NCBI GenBank assembly: GCA_041650915.1
Contig: JBAZKE010000003.1
Location: 149,226 to 213,225, forward strand
From: Patescibacteria group bacterium
Lineage (GTDB): Bacteria; Patescibacteriota; Patescibacteriia; UBA10025; JAHIVO01
DNA length: 64,000 bases
Reading direction: 5' to 3'
Shown: one piece after another, positions 30,610-38,998 of the stretch
Position numbering within the stretch: the stretch's first letter is position 1
Layout of the letters: each line of letters starts with the position of its first letter
Notes under the pieces: generated by a model
Databases searched by the model: none
What the model saw: only the letters and a program-made list of their open reading frames with translations
Told to the model about the DNA's origin: nothing
Position numbers and translations under genes: made by a program

Positions 30610-32529
30610 ATGGGAAAGATACTAGGCATTGACCTCGGCACGACCAACTCCGCGATGGCAGTCATCGAGGGCGGCGAGCCGAAGGTTCTCGAAAACAAGG
30701 AGGGAAACCGCACGACCCCGTCGATGGTCGCGATAACCAAGAACGGCGAGCGTGTCGTGGGGCAGATCGCCAAGCGGCAGGCCGTCACCAACCCGGAGAA
30801 CACGATTTTTTCGGTCAAGCGGCTGATCGGCAGGAAGTGGTCGGACGAAGAGGTGCAGCGTGACGTAAAGACCATGCCGTACAAGATCGTACAGGCGGGA
30901 GAGGGCATCAAGGTCAAGCTCAACGGCCAGGAGCAGACGCCGCAGGAAATTTCCGCGGCGATCCTCCAGAAGCTGAAGGCTGACGCCGAAGCGAAGCTCG
31001 GAGAAAAGGTAGAAGGCGCGGTCATCACCGTACCGGCGTATTTCGACGACGCACAGCGCCAGGCGACCAAAGACGCGGGCGAGATCGCAGGTTTGGAAGT
31101 GAAGCGCATCATCAACGAGCCGACCGCGGCAGCGCTTGCGTACGGCTTCGAGAAAAAGAAGAACCAGCAGATTGCGGTATACGACCTTGGCGGTGGCACG
31201 TTCGACATTTCAATTCTTGACGTTTCGGCGGATACGGTGGAGGTGAAGTCGACCAACGGCGACACCCATCTCGGCGGCGATGATTTTGACAAGCGCATTA
31301 TTGACTGGCTCATCGACGAGTTCCGCAAGGACCAGGGCATGGATCTTGGCAACGACCAGATGGCGCTGCAGCGGCTTAAAGAAGGCGCGGAGAAGGCCAA
31401 GGTGGAGCTCTCCACGTCGGCGGAGACGGAGATTAACATACCGTTCGTCACGTCGGACGCATCGGGCCCCAAGCACCTCAACGTGAAGCTCACCCGGGCA
31501 AAGCTCGAGGACCTCGTCGGCGACTTGATTGAGAAAACCATCGAGCCGGTGCAGAAAGCGCTCGACGACGCGAAGCTGAAGACGAGCGAAATCGAAGAGG
31601 TCATCATGGTTGGCGGCATGACCCGCATGCCCAAGGTGCTCGAAACTGTTGAAAAGTTTTTCGGCAAAAAACCGCACATCGGCGTGAATCCGGATGAGGT
31701 TGTGGCGATGGGCGCTGCGGTCCAGGCCGGGGTGTTGCAGGGCGACGTGAAAGACGTATTGCTCCTGGACGTGACGCCCCTGACCCTCGGTATCGAGACG
31801 CTCGGCGGCGTATCGACTCCGCTCATCGAGCGCAATACGACCGTCCCGACTTCCAAATCGCAGATATTTTCGACCGCGGCGGACAACCAGACGTCAGTCG
31901 AGATTCACGTGCTGCAAGGCGAGCGCCCGATGGCAGCGGACAACAAGACGCTCGGGAAATTCATGCTGACCGGCATTCCGCCGGCGCCGCGCGGCGTTCC
32001 GCAGGTTGAAGTTTCGTTCGACATCGACGCGAACGGCATTCTCAACGTGAAGGCGACGGACAAGGCAACCGGCAAGGTGCAGTCCATCACCATCACCGGC
32101 TCGTCCGGCCTTAGTAAGGACGAGGTGGAACGGATGAAGCAGGACGCGCAAAAGCACGCGACGGATGACCAGAAGAAGAAGGAGGTTGTTGATACGCGCA
32201 ATATCGCCGAGACCACCATGTTCACCGCCGAGAAGGCGCTGAAAGACGCCGGCGACAAGGTAAAGGCGGATGTTAAAAAGGAGATCGAAGATAAGATCAA
32301 GGCAGTGAAGGACGTGAAGGACAAGGATGACATCAGCGCGATCAAAAAGGCGACCGAAGAATTATCGGCCGCCATGCAGAAGATCGGGCAGGCAATGTAC
32401 GGCCAGCAGCAGGCGGGCGCACAGCCAGGCGGTTCACAGGGCAAAGCGGATGAGAAAGCCAAGGATCCGAAGGACAAAGGCCCGGTAGATGCAGAATATG
32501 AAGACGTCAAGAAAGGGGAGAAGAAGTAA
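30610..32529 (+). CDS. dnaK: Chaperone DnaK
   Basis: [26 protein letters not shown]. Confidence 0.98.
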   Translation: MGKILGIDLGTTNSAMAVIEGGEPKVLENKEGNRTTPSMVAITKNGERVVGQIAKRQAVTNPENTIFSVKRLIGRKWSDEEVQRDVKTMPYKIVQAGEGIKVKLNGQEQTPQEISAAILQKLKADAEAKLGEKVEGAVITVPAYFDDAQRQATKDAGEIAGLEVKRIINEPTAAALAYGFEKKKNQQIAVYDLGGGTFDISILDVSADTVEVKSTNGDTHLGGDDFDKRIIDWLIDEFRKDQGMDLGNDQMALQRLKEGAEKAKVELSTSAETEINIPFVTSDASGPKHLNVKLTRAKLEDLVGDLIEKTIEPVQKALDDAKLKTSEIEEVIMVGGMTRMPKVLETVEKFFGKKPHIGVNPDEVVAMGAAVQAGVLQGDVKDVLLLDVTPLTLGIETLGGVSTPLIERNTTVPTSKSQIFSTAADNQTSVEIHVLQGERPMAADNKTLGKFMLTGIPPAPRGVPQVEVSFDIDANGILNVKATDKATGKVQSITITGSSGLSKDEVERMKQDAQKHATDDQKKKEVVDTRNIAETTMFTAEKALKDAGDKVKADVKKEIEDKIKAVKDVKDKDDISAIKKATEELSAAMQKIGQAMYGQQQAGAQPGGSQGKADEKAKDPKDKGPVDAEYEDVKKGEKK

Positions 32530-32675
32530 CATCCGGCAATGGAGCTAACATTAACAGTTCAATGTAGATAATATGCAAAGGGCGAGCCGTCATTTAGGGG
32601 GCTCGCCCGTCCGCTATCGGCTTTGCTTTCAAGCGAAGCCGGGCGGGCTGTTTGGATGAGCGATAGAACAGAAGT

Positions 32676-33920
32676 ATGTCAATTTTGGATAAAAATTTAT
32701 CAGAAATAACCTTTAAAAATATTGAGGAATTTTGTGCTGAAGGGATACCTGAAGGTATTCAGCTTGATTATAAATTAACTCGCCCAGAAAAAGGTTTTTC
32801 CAAACACTTTGCAGGGTTAAGTAATCAAAAGGGAGGTTTAATAATTCTTGGTATTGACGAAGATCGTAATACAGGCATTCCAAAGGCATGGGTTGGTATA
32901 AAAAAGGATGGCAAATTACTCGAGCAGATTCATCACGACGCTGCCAATGTTGATCCATTTCCTGAATATGATATACATTATACCGATGAAGTTGATGGTC
33001 ATGTTTTTTTATTAATTAGAATTTTTGAAGGTAGCCAAACTCCTTATTATGTATTTAATGATTCGAACCTTTGGGTTAGAACGGGAAATATTAGAAAGCC
33101 GATTGATCTTGCTAACCCGAAACAGGCCGAGATTCTATTCAATAAAAGAGAGAAGGCGATAGCTCAAAGAAATATACTTCTTAGACAGGCAGATTATTCA
33201 TTTGATAATGGTTTACATCGTGCTGAGCTTGAAAGACTTACAAAAATTTCTGAAAAACAAGATGGCCAAGCGAGTATTGTATATGGAAATACCTTAGGTG
33301 AAAAATCGTCGATTTGTAAAGTATATCTTTTACCATATTACCCAAATATTAACTTTGCGACACCTCAGGATTTATTAGTTTTTAGCAACGAGCTTAATGA
33401 ACGACCAAGCCGCGAATTTGAGACTATCCCCTATGGTATTTTTCAATTTATCTGGAGCCAATATAATGGGTACGTTGAATGTTGTCAGTTATTTTCAAAA
33501 GGATTGATTTATTATTATTCCGACGTTTTAACGGGAGATTATGACACAGGAGGAAAGATAGAATTACGCTTTGTCGCCGGAGCAGTGCATCGGGTTATTA
33601 ACCTTTCTAAAAAATACTTTCAAAAATATTTGTTTACTGGATCATTAATTGGAGGTATCACTTTATCAGACGTCAGGGCTTTGAAGTTATTTCCTATTAA
33701 AACTCGAGGCATCGCTTTTGATCCTGGCGAATTGAAAACATGTTTGTTACCGGATTATCATTTAGAAATGAATCTTACTTCACAAGTATTATTTAGTCAG
33801 GAATTGCTAAATAAATGGTATTTTAAACAAATAAAAGAGATTTATATTAGTTTAGGCTTGAGAGCACCAAGTGATTTACTATTAGAAAGTTTCTGTAAAG
33901 AAAATGATTTCACTTTTTAG
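32676..33920 (+). CDS. Schlafen/AlbA_2 domain protein, AT-rich and probably horizontally acquired
   Basis: EGIQLDYK...FAGLSNQKGGLIILGIDE...PYY...WVRTG; visibly more AT-rich than flanking genes. Confidence 0.85.
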   Translation: MSILDKNLSEITFKNIEEFCAEGIPEGIQLDYKLTRPEKGFSKHFAGLSNQKGGLIILGIDEDRNTGIPKAWVGIKKDGKLLEQIHHDAANVDPFPEYDIHYTDEVDGHVFLLIRIFEGSQTPYYVFNDSNLWVRTGNIRKPIDLANPKQAEILFNKREKAIAQRNILLRQADYSFDNGLHRAELERLTKISEKQDGQASIVYGNTLGEKSSICKVYLLPYYPNINFATPQDLLVFSNELNERPSREFETIPYGIFQFIWSQYNGYVECCQLFSKGLIYYYSDVLTGDYDTGGKIELRFVAGAVHRVINLSKKYFQKYLFTGSLIGGITLSDVRALKLFPIKTRGIAFDPGELKTCLLPDYHLEMNLTSQVLFSQELLNKWYFKQIKEIYISLGLRAPSDLLLESFCKENDFTF

Positions 33921-33998
33921 TTTTCGTCACATTAGTAAGACAGAAATAAATTGACAGTCCGCGGGGGTGTGGGAATGAAGAGACAATAATTATTATGT

Positions 33999-34151
33999 AC
34001 CTCACCCTGAATTCGTTTCAGGGTCCCAATGTACAAGGTGCTAGCATGAGAGATGCCGAAATGAATTCGGCATGAGGGCATGTCAAAAGACCTCACCCTG
34101 AATTCGTTTCAGGGTCCCATTGAGGAGATTCTGAAACAAGTTCAGAATGAG
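33999..34151. repeat. Two REPIN-like dimers of REP-type palindromes
   Basis: Identical 30-mer ACCTCACCCTGAATTCGTTTCAGGGTCCCA at 33999 and 34090, each followed by an inverted relative (34051-34077 and 34125-34151). Confidence 0.85.
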
Positions 34152-34259
34152 AAGTGAGGATGAGGGAGGAGCTCCGTCAGTCAACGGAGCGACCGCATTC
34201 ATCGGGCGGAGCGCAACCACGACGGATTGCACTCGGAGGAAAATTCATTAACAAGCAAA

Positions 34260-34443
34260 TAAAAAGAGAAGTCGCCCGACGTACGTGGCTAGTACGTTGT
34301 CGTGGCAACCTCGATGTCCCTTGGCAAAATACCTCACCATGAAAGTGTTACCTTTCCATTTCACTCGCCATTACTCATCGGGATAGGTAAGCGACAGCTT
34401 CATTTTATAGTATACGGTAGCAGAGCGTGCGATTTGTTTTCTT
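34260..34443 (-). ncRNA. Candidate small RNA (unit A)
   Basis: Promoter TTGACT-17-TAGGAT (34478-34450); terminator hairpin plus U-tract at 34313-34260; only very short ORFs inside. Confidence 0.4.
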
Positions 34444-34483
34444 GGTTTAATCCTAATCCCCAAGCGTTAATCAGTCAACACCA

Positions 34484-35149
34484 ATGGTATTTCCCGTACT
34501 GCGAGTAGCCTTTTTCCCCGTACTGCGGTTTTTCACGAAGCGGGCCGTCAATATCGAGAACCTTCCCAAAGAAGGGCCGTACCTGATCGTGTGCAAGCAC
34601 GTCGGGGCGCTCGACGGGTTTTTTCTCGCCGCCGTTGCAGTGCCGTACCTGGACAAGAAGATCCGCTTTATCGCCAAGGTGAACGAGTGGGGGTATGTCT
34701 GGAAAACGATGATTTCCAGCAACTGGGCGCGGGTGATAGAGTTTTTGCCCGAAGACCGGTCGCGGTGCCTCATTGACGCGAGCGATGCGCTCACCGCCGG
34801 CGACATCGTGGCGCTGTACCCCGAGGGGTACCTCGATGAGCTCGACCATAGCAGCAGGCCGAAAACGGGAGCCGCCCGCTTGGCAATCTGGAAACGTGTG
34901 CCTATCGTGCCGGTCGGGCTGCAGTACGACATCACGGTCAGGAGCCATCGCAAGGTACTGAACCAGTTCTGGCGGTCGGTGTGGAACGCGCTCAAAAATC
35001 CGCACTCCATGGTAATCACGTTCGGCAAGCCGTTCGAGCTTACCGAGTACTACGGCAAGGAAATGAATGAAGACGTATTGCGCAGCGCGACCGAGAAAAT
35101 CATGGGCGAAATAGAAGCACTCACGCACGTTAATAACATAAATAAATAG
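34484..35149 (+). CDS. Lysophospholipid acyltransferase (PlsC family)
   Basis: HxxxxD (HVGALD), FIAK, YPEG, KTGAARLA, PIVPV. Confidence 0.85.
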   Translation: MVFPVLRVAFFPVLRFFTKRAVNIENLPKEGPYLIVCKHVGALDGFFLAAVAVPYLDKKIRFIAKVNEWGYVWKTMISSNWARVIEFLPEDRSRCLIDASDALTAGDIVALYPEGYLDELDHSSRPKTGAARLAIWKRVPIVPVGLQYDITVRSHRKVLNQFWRSVWNALKNPHSMVITFGKPFELTEYYGKEMNEDVLRSATEKIMGEIEALTHVNNINK

Positions 35150-35198
35150 ACCTCACGCCTGGGGAAGGGGTGAGGTCCGGAAAGCGGCAACTCGACGG

Positions 35199-35663
35199 TT
35201 ACCAGCTCGATTCGATTTTAAACGTTTCAGAAAAGCACATCCCCGCCATGCCAGCGTAACACAGGAAAGCGGGAAAGATACGCAGCAGGACGGCAGTAGG
35301 GGGATCGAAGCTGGTCGGTTGCAGGTTGAGGGTCAGCAGCATGGCCAGCCCGAACGCAGCGCACCCGAAATAGAATTCGAGCTCGCGCCATTCGTTAACG
35401 CTTTGCAGCGGCGCCGCTTCCCTGAGCTCATCAATTTTGGAAGAGCGAGCCACGAGCGTCAGAAAAATCAGAAACAGCGCATCAATCATGGTCAGGATAT
35501 TGACCAGCGTGCCGAGGAACCCTCCGTACAGCGTCCTGAGCGAGCTCGCAATGGCGAGCATAAAGCTGATCACCAGGACAACTCGGAGCGCGATAATGCA
35601 GAGTACGACGAATCCGCTCGCTATCCCTTCGTCGTGCTCCTCGTCAACGTACAGGGTACTCAT
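35199..35663 (-). CDS. ORFan 4-TM membrane protein with own promoter and SD
   Basis: TTGACA-17-TAGCGT (35746-35718); AAGGAGG SD; hydrophobic helices. Confidence 0.75.
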   Translation of the reverse strand: MSTLYVDEEHDEGIASGFVVLCIIALRVVLVISFMLAIASSLRTLYGGFLGTLVNILTMIDALFLIFLTLVARSSKIDELREAAPLQSVNEWRELEFYFGCAAFGLAMLLTLNLQPTSFDPPTAVLLRIFPAFLCYAGMAGMCFSETFKIESSW

Positions 35664-35746
35664 TTTGTACTCCCTCCTTTTTGGGCGATAAGGTTATTAA
35701 ATGGCTATTTTCAGGTTACGCTACCACGGGCTGAGGCTCATGTCAA

Positions 35747-35939
35747 TATAAAATTCGGCTCACTCTCGTGGGAAGAGTGAGCCTTTCATGGAGGGTATGC
35801 GATGACAGACGTCAGCGGATACCAAGGGCAAATAACGATGAATAATTTCGGACTCGCCTAGGAAAAGGATTGGCAGGAAGCCTAGGCACAAATGTACAGC
35901 GAAAAAAGTGGATTCCCTTTGTATATTAACTCGTAGGGC
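35747..35939 (-). ncRNA. Candidate small RNA (unit B)
   Basis: Promoter TTGACA-17-TATACT (35974-35946); terminator GGCTCACTC/GAGTGAGCC plus T-tract; no credible ORF downstream of the promoter. Confidence 0.55.
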
Positions 35940-35974
35940 ACTGGCAGTATAATGCGGTTTCAAGCAGGTGTCAA

Positions 35975-36194
35975 TATAAAAAATCGGTCCGTCTCAGCTG
36001 TAGCGGAGACGGACCTTCGTTCTGGAATAATGTGGTAAATGTGGAAAAACCGAATAGAACGGTTTCTCCTGAACAATTTTTACGTCCAGGATAGGACGCT
36101 GGTCGCGCCTGAGTAAGCTTGCAGAAAGCGTTAGGCGCTGGCAGGTAAGGTGCTATGCATTGGCGTGTACATTCTCGAGGTACGCCGAGAGATA
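35975..36194 (-). ncRNA. Candidate small RNA (unit C)
   Basis: Promoter TTGACA-17-TATGCT (36229-36201); terminator GGTCCGTCTC/GAGACGGACC plus T6; only a 13-codon ORF without SD. Confidence 0.55.
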
Positions 36195-36305
36195 CGGTAG
36201 AGCATAGAGTATTGCCGGAACATTGTCAAATAAAAAAGCCCGCGGCGTGGGGTGCACACCGCGAGCGTCTGTGGAGGAACCAGGGAGCGCACGCTCCCGC
36301 GTATC

Positions 36306-36797
36306 CTAGGTTTTCTGCCTGTTGAGCATTGATCCGTTGCGGACGTCGGTCATAAGCTTGACCGGGCCGACGATGTGAATGATGCCGCTGGCATCGTACC
36401 ACACCTCGCGCGTGCCGCCGATCGAGAGCTGTACTTCGCAGTCGATCATGTCGAGCGTGAATCTGAACGTCGGTCTGATGCTGTCCCCTTGTTCCGGGAA
36501 GACGACGATGAGGCCGCCTCCTTCGGCCGCGATCGTATCGTACGTGAACCGCTGGTTGACGAACGCCCACTTGAGCACCGTCTGTACTCTGGCCTCCGCC
36601 AGAGATACTATGTAGCGTTCCCCCTCCTGGAGGATCCACCTATCTTCCTTTTCGGACGCGGTAATGATTGCGCGTCCGTCGATGATCGCTGCTCTCGGTA
36701 TTTCGTACAGCGTGTTATTAACGTCGAGGATTGAGAGCGTATCGCCCTCGATTTCGAGCAGCCGGATCTTAATCCCCGTTTGGCCTGATCGTGCCAT
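36306..36797 (-). CDS. ORFan beta-rich protein with own promoter, SD and terminator
   Basis: TTGACA-17-TAAGGT (36900-36872); AGGAGG SD before ATG 36797; terminator at about 36232-36266. Confidence 0.75.
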   Translation of the reverse strand: MARSGQTGIKIRLLEIEGDTLSILDVNNTLYEIPRAAIIDGRAIITASEKEDRWILQEGERYIVSLAEARVQTVLKWAFVNQRFTYDTIAAEGGGLIVVFPEQGDSIRPTFRFTLDMIDCEVQLSIGGTREVWYDASGIIHIVGPVKLMTDVRNGSMLNRQKT

Positions 36798-36904
36798 CTG
36801 CAACCTCCTGTTCTAGCGGACATTTTGTCCCGTTTTTTATGTCAACTGTACTATGTATTCCCAATTAGTTCACCTTATGGCTCAATGAAGGATATGTCAA
36901 GAGT

Positions 36905-37048
36905 CCAGAGCCTCCGACTTTCTGTAGCCAGATAGCGGCAAAGAGTTTTGGGATTTTTCAATGAGCGGGGCGCTAACGTGCCAATTGCATGCCATGCCGC
37001 CGAAGAAATCCTCCAAACCCCACCGTTGAAAGATGCCGATGCTTCTAA
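36905..37048 (-). ncRNA. Candidate rod-shaped structured RNA (6S-like shape)
   Basis: End-to-end pairing with G-U pairs favouring the minus strand; internal bubble; TAAAAT just upstream. Confidence 0.35.
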
Positions 37049-37102
37049 CAATTTTAATTGAAAAGTGATAGTATATAAGTAATAAATGAAAGGATTCATT
37101 TT

Positions 37103-37414
37103 ATGAACGGACAGCAACCGCCGCAAGGCCAGCAGCAGCTCAACATCAAGATCGACGATGCGACGCTCAAGGGCGTGTACACGAATGCGATGGGCGTGTC
37201 TCACTCCAAGGAGGAGTTCGTGCTCGACTTCATGAATCTGTACCCGTGGCAACGGGCAGGGGTAGTCAGCGCGCGGGTCATCACGAGCCCCGGGCACGTG
37301 AAGCGCATCTTCAAGGCGCTCGAGGAGAACATTAAAAAGTACGAAGGCAAGTTCGGGAAGATCGAGGTCGCGAAAGCCCCCTCAGCCGAAGATATCGGGT
37401 TCAAGACCGCGTAA
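37103..37414 (+). CDS. DUF3467 domain protein
   Basis: GVYTN...HSKEEFVLDF...ARVITSPGHVKR...LEENIKKYE.KFG.I. Confidence 0.88.
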   Translation: MNGQQPPQGQQQLNIKIDDATLKGVYTNAMGVSHSKEEFVLDFMNLYPWQRAGVVSARVITSPGHVKRIFKALEENIKKYEGKFGKIEVAKAPSAEDIGFKTA

Positions 37415-37471
37415 AAAACGAGCCTCCCGAGGAAGAGGGGAGGCTCACAACCGAGGTCGATGTGATGATTA

Positions 37472-37834
37472 TCAGTACTGGCGGAAGTGGTTCCTGAATT
37501 CTTTTTCACCGATGGAAACGGCGGTGCCGTCTTCGGTAAATACCCGGTAACCCGTACCTTTATCGCCAGCGACGTAGTACATTCCTTTTTGCCGAAAGTG
37601 GGCAGCACCCCTTGTCAAATCTCGCGTACACTCGTACGGCACGACGACCAGAAAGTGCTCGTCGAATTGACTAACGGGGACAGATTCCACTCCTCCGCCT
37701 GCTTTATCGATACTGATGATGCCACGGCACTGCCCAAAACGGATTTGATACGCCTTGCCTTCGATAAAGACCGGATTTCCATCGGCCGGGAAGGATTTCA
37801 TACATCGAACGTTGCAAGGAACTGTTATGTTCAT
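37472..37834 (-). CDS. ORFan with internal tandem duplication, own promoter, SD and terminator
   Basis: TTGACA-17-TACACT (37904-37876); GGAGG SD; terminator GAGCCTCCC/GGGAGGCTC. Confidence 0.75.
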   Translation of the reverse strand: MNITVPCNVRCMKSFPADGNPVFIEGKAYQIRFGQCRGIISIDKAGGGVESVPVSQFDEHFLVVVPYECTRDLTRGAAHFRQKGMYYVAGDKGTGYRVFTEDGTAVSIGEKEFRNHFRQY

Positions 37835-37927
37835 TTAACCTCCAAATGTTTGTCATCTCATTTCAGCAATAGGTTAGTGTAATGGTAACGAGCAGTGCTG
37901 TCAAGCTTTGCGTTCACATAATACTAT

Positions 37928-38989
37928 ATGAGAGTAGAGCAAAAAGAAGAGCCCTCCCTATCGGCGGGTAAACAAAAAAAGCCGGAAAAATTCGTACCAG
38001 CGCAGCCCATCGGCAAGGTAGCCACGCTCATGGCGCTCGCCGTCGTTGCGACGGCGCTGTTTTGGCTCGCGTGGCACAACGCGCTCTCGACCGGCATCAG
38101 CCTGTCGGGCAGCACGGATAACGTAATCGTCGTCGCCTCGACGCTGCTCGCATTCTGCCTCATGTTTTGCATGCTCGCTGCCGCTGAAATGCTGATCACG
38201 CGGAAGCTGCTTCTCTTTATCATGGCGTTCGCTGCGGCGGGCACGATGTTTGTATTCTTTGCCGTCACGCAGTGGTCGATCGTGGGTTTCCTGCTCATGA
38301 GCCTGGGCTTCCTGTACTGGCGGCATGAGATTCACGCCGACGCTGAGACGAGGACCAAATTCGTGCCCCACCGGACTGTCGGTTCGAGCCTCAAGACGGC
38401 GGTTGCCCTCGTGCTCCTCGCGGGATCGTTCGTGTACTACAGCTCGCTCTCAACGGGCGGTGATGCGGCCGAGAAGGTGACTGAAAGCCTCGTGAATACC
38501 GGCACGTCGGTCGTTGAGAGCGTCCTCCGGCGGACGTACGGAGAGCAATACGATCCGATGATGGAGCTCGACGCGTTCATCATGGGAGTCGGCGTCGAAG
38601 GGGTGGAGAAGCTGATTCCGGCCGAGACAGGCTACGAACAGATCGATGCGGTCATCGAAGAAGGCATTGAGACGGCGAAAACGGAGGCCGTCATCGAGAT
38701 CCGCACTGAGCTGCTCGATACGTTCGGCATTGCAGCCGAGGGCGATGATTCCATGCGTTCCGTCGTCTCGAAGGTTGTCCTGAAGAACATTGAACAGTAT
38801 ACTGAACCGTATATCAAGTTCGTTCCAGCCCTTATGGCGATTGGCTTGTTTCTGGTGCTCAATATATTCAGTTTCATATACCGTGAACTCATAAAATCGT
38901 TCGCATACCTCGTATTCAACATACTCGTGTGGATTAAATTCATCAGGATCGAGAAGGCCCACGTTGAGGTTGAGAAGGTAACGCTCTAG
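37928..38989 (+). CDS. Hypothetical multi-TM membrane protein upstream of dnaJ
   Basis: Several hydrophobic helices; 9 bp gap to dnaJ. Confidence 0.75.
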   Translation: MRVEQKEEPSLSAGKQKKPEKFVPAQPIGKVATLMALAVVATALFWLAWHNALSTGISLSGSTDNVIVVASTLLAFCLMFCMLAAAEMLITRKLLLFIMAFAAAGTMFVFFAVTQWSIVGFLLMSLGFLYWRHEIHADAETRTKFVPHRTVGSSLKTAVALVLLAGSFVYYSSLSTGGDAAEKVTESLVNTGTSVVESVLRRTYGEQYDPMMELDAFIMGVGVEGVEKLIPAETGYEQIDAVIEEGIETAKTEAVIEIRTELLDTFGIAAEGDDSMRSVVSKVVLKNIEQYTEPYIKFVPALMAIGLFLVLNIFSFIYRELIKSFAYLVFNILVWIKFIRIEKAHVEVEKVTL

Positions 38990-38998
38990 GCAAACCAT

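Noticed and set aside
30483-31886. Long antisense ORFs (also 14099-15397 and 39091-40140)
   Set aside because: These are shadow frames opposite dnaK, fba and dnaJ caused by codon bias, with no independent motifs.
33999-34151. CRISPR array (two identical 30-bp palindromic repeats)
   Set aside because: There are only two copies, the 61-bp interval contains an inverted relative of the repeat, and no cas genes are present. This fits REP dimers.
35168-35190. SRP RNA-like motif (AGGTCCGGAAAGCGGC)
   Set aside because: It lacks the full CAGG-CCGGAAGG-AGCA domain IV pattern and flanking stem, and it overlaps a terminator hairpin between convergent genes.
35760-35963. 67-aa ORF from the track as the product of unit B
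   Set aside because: Its TTG start lies inside the predicted promoter spacer, it has no SD, and it runs into the terminator stem.
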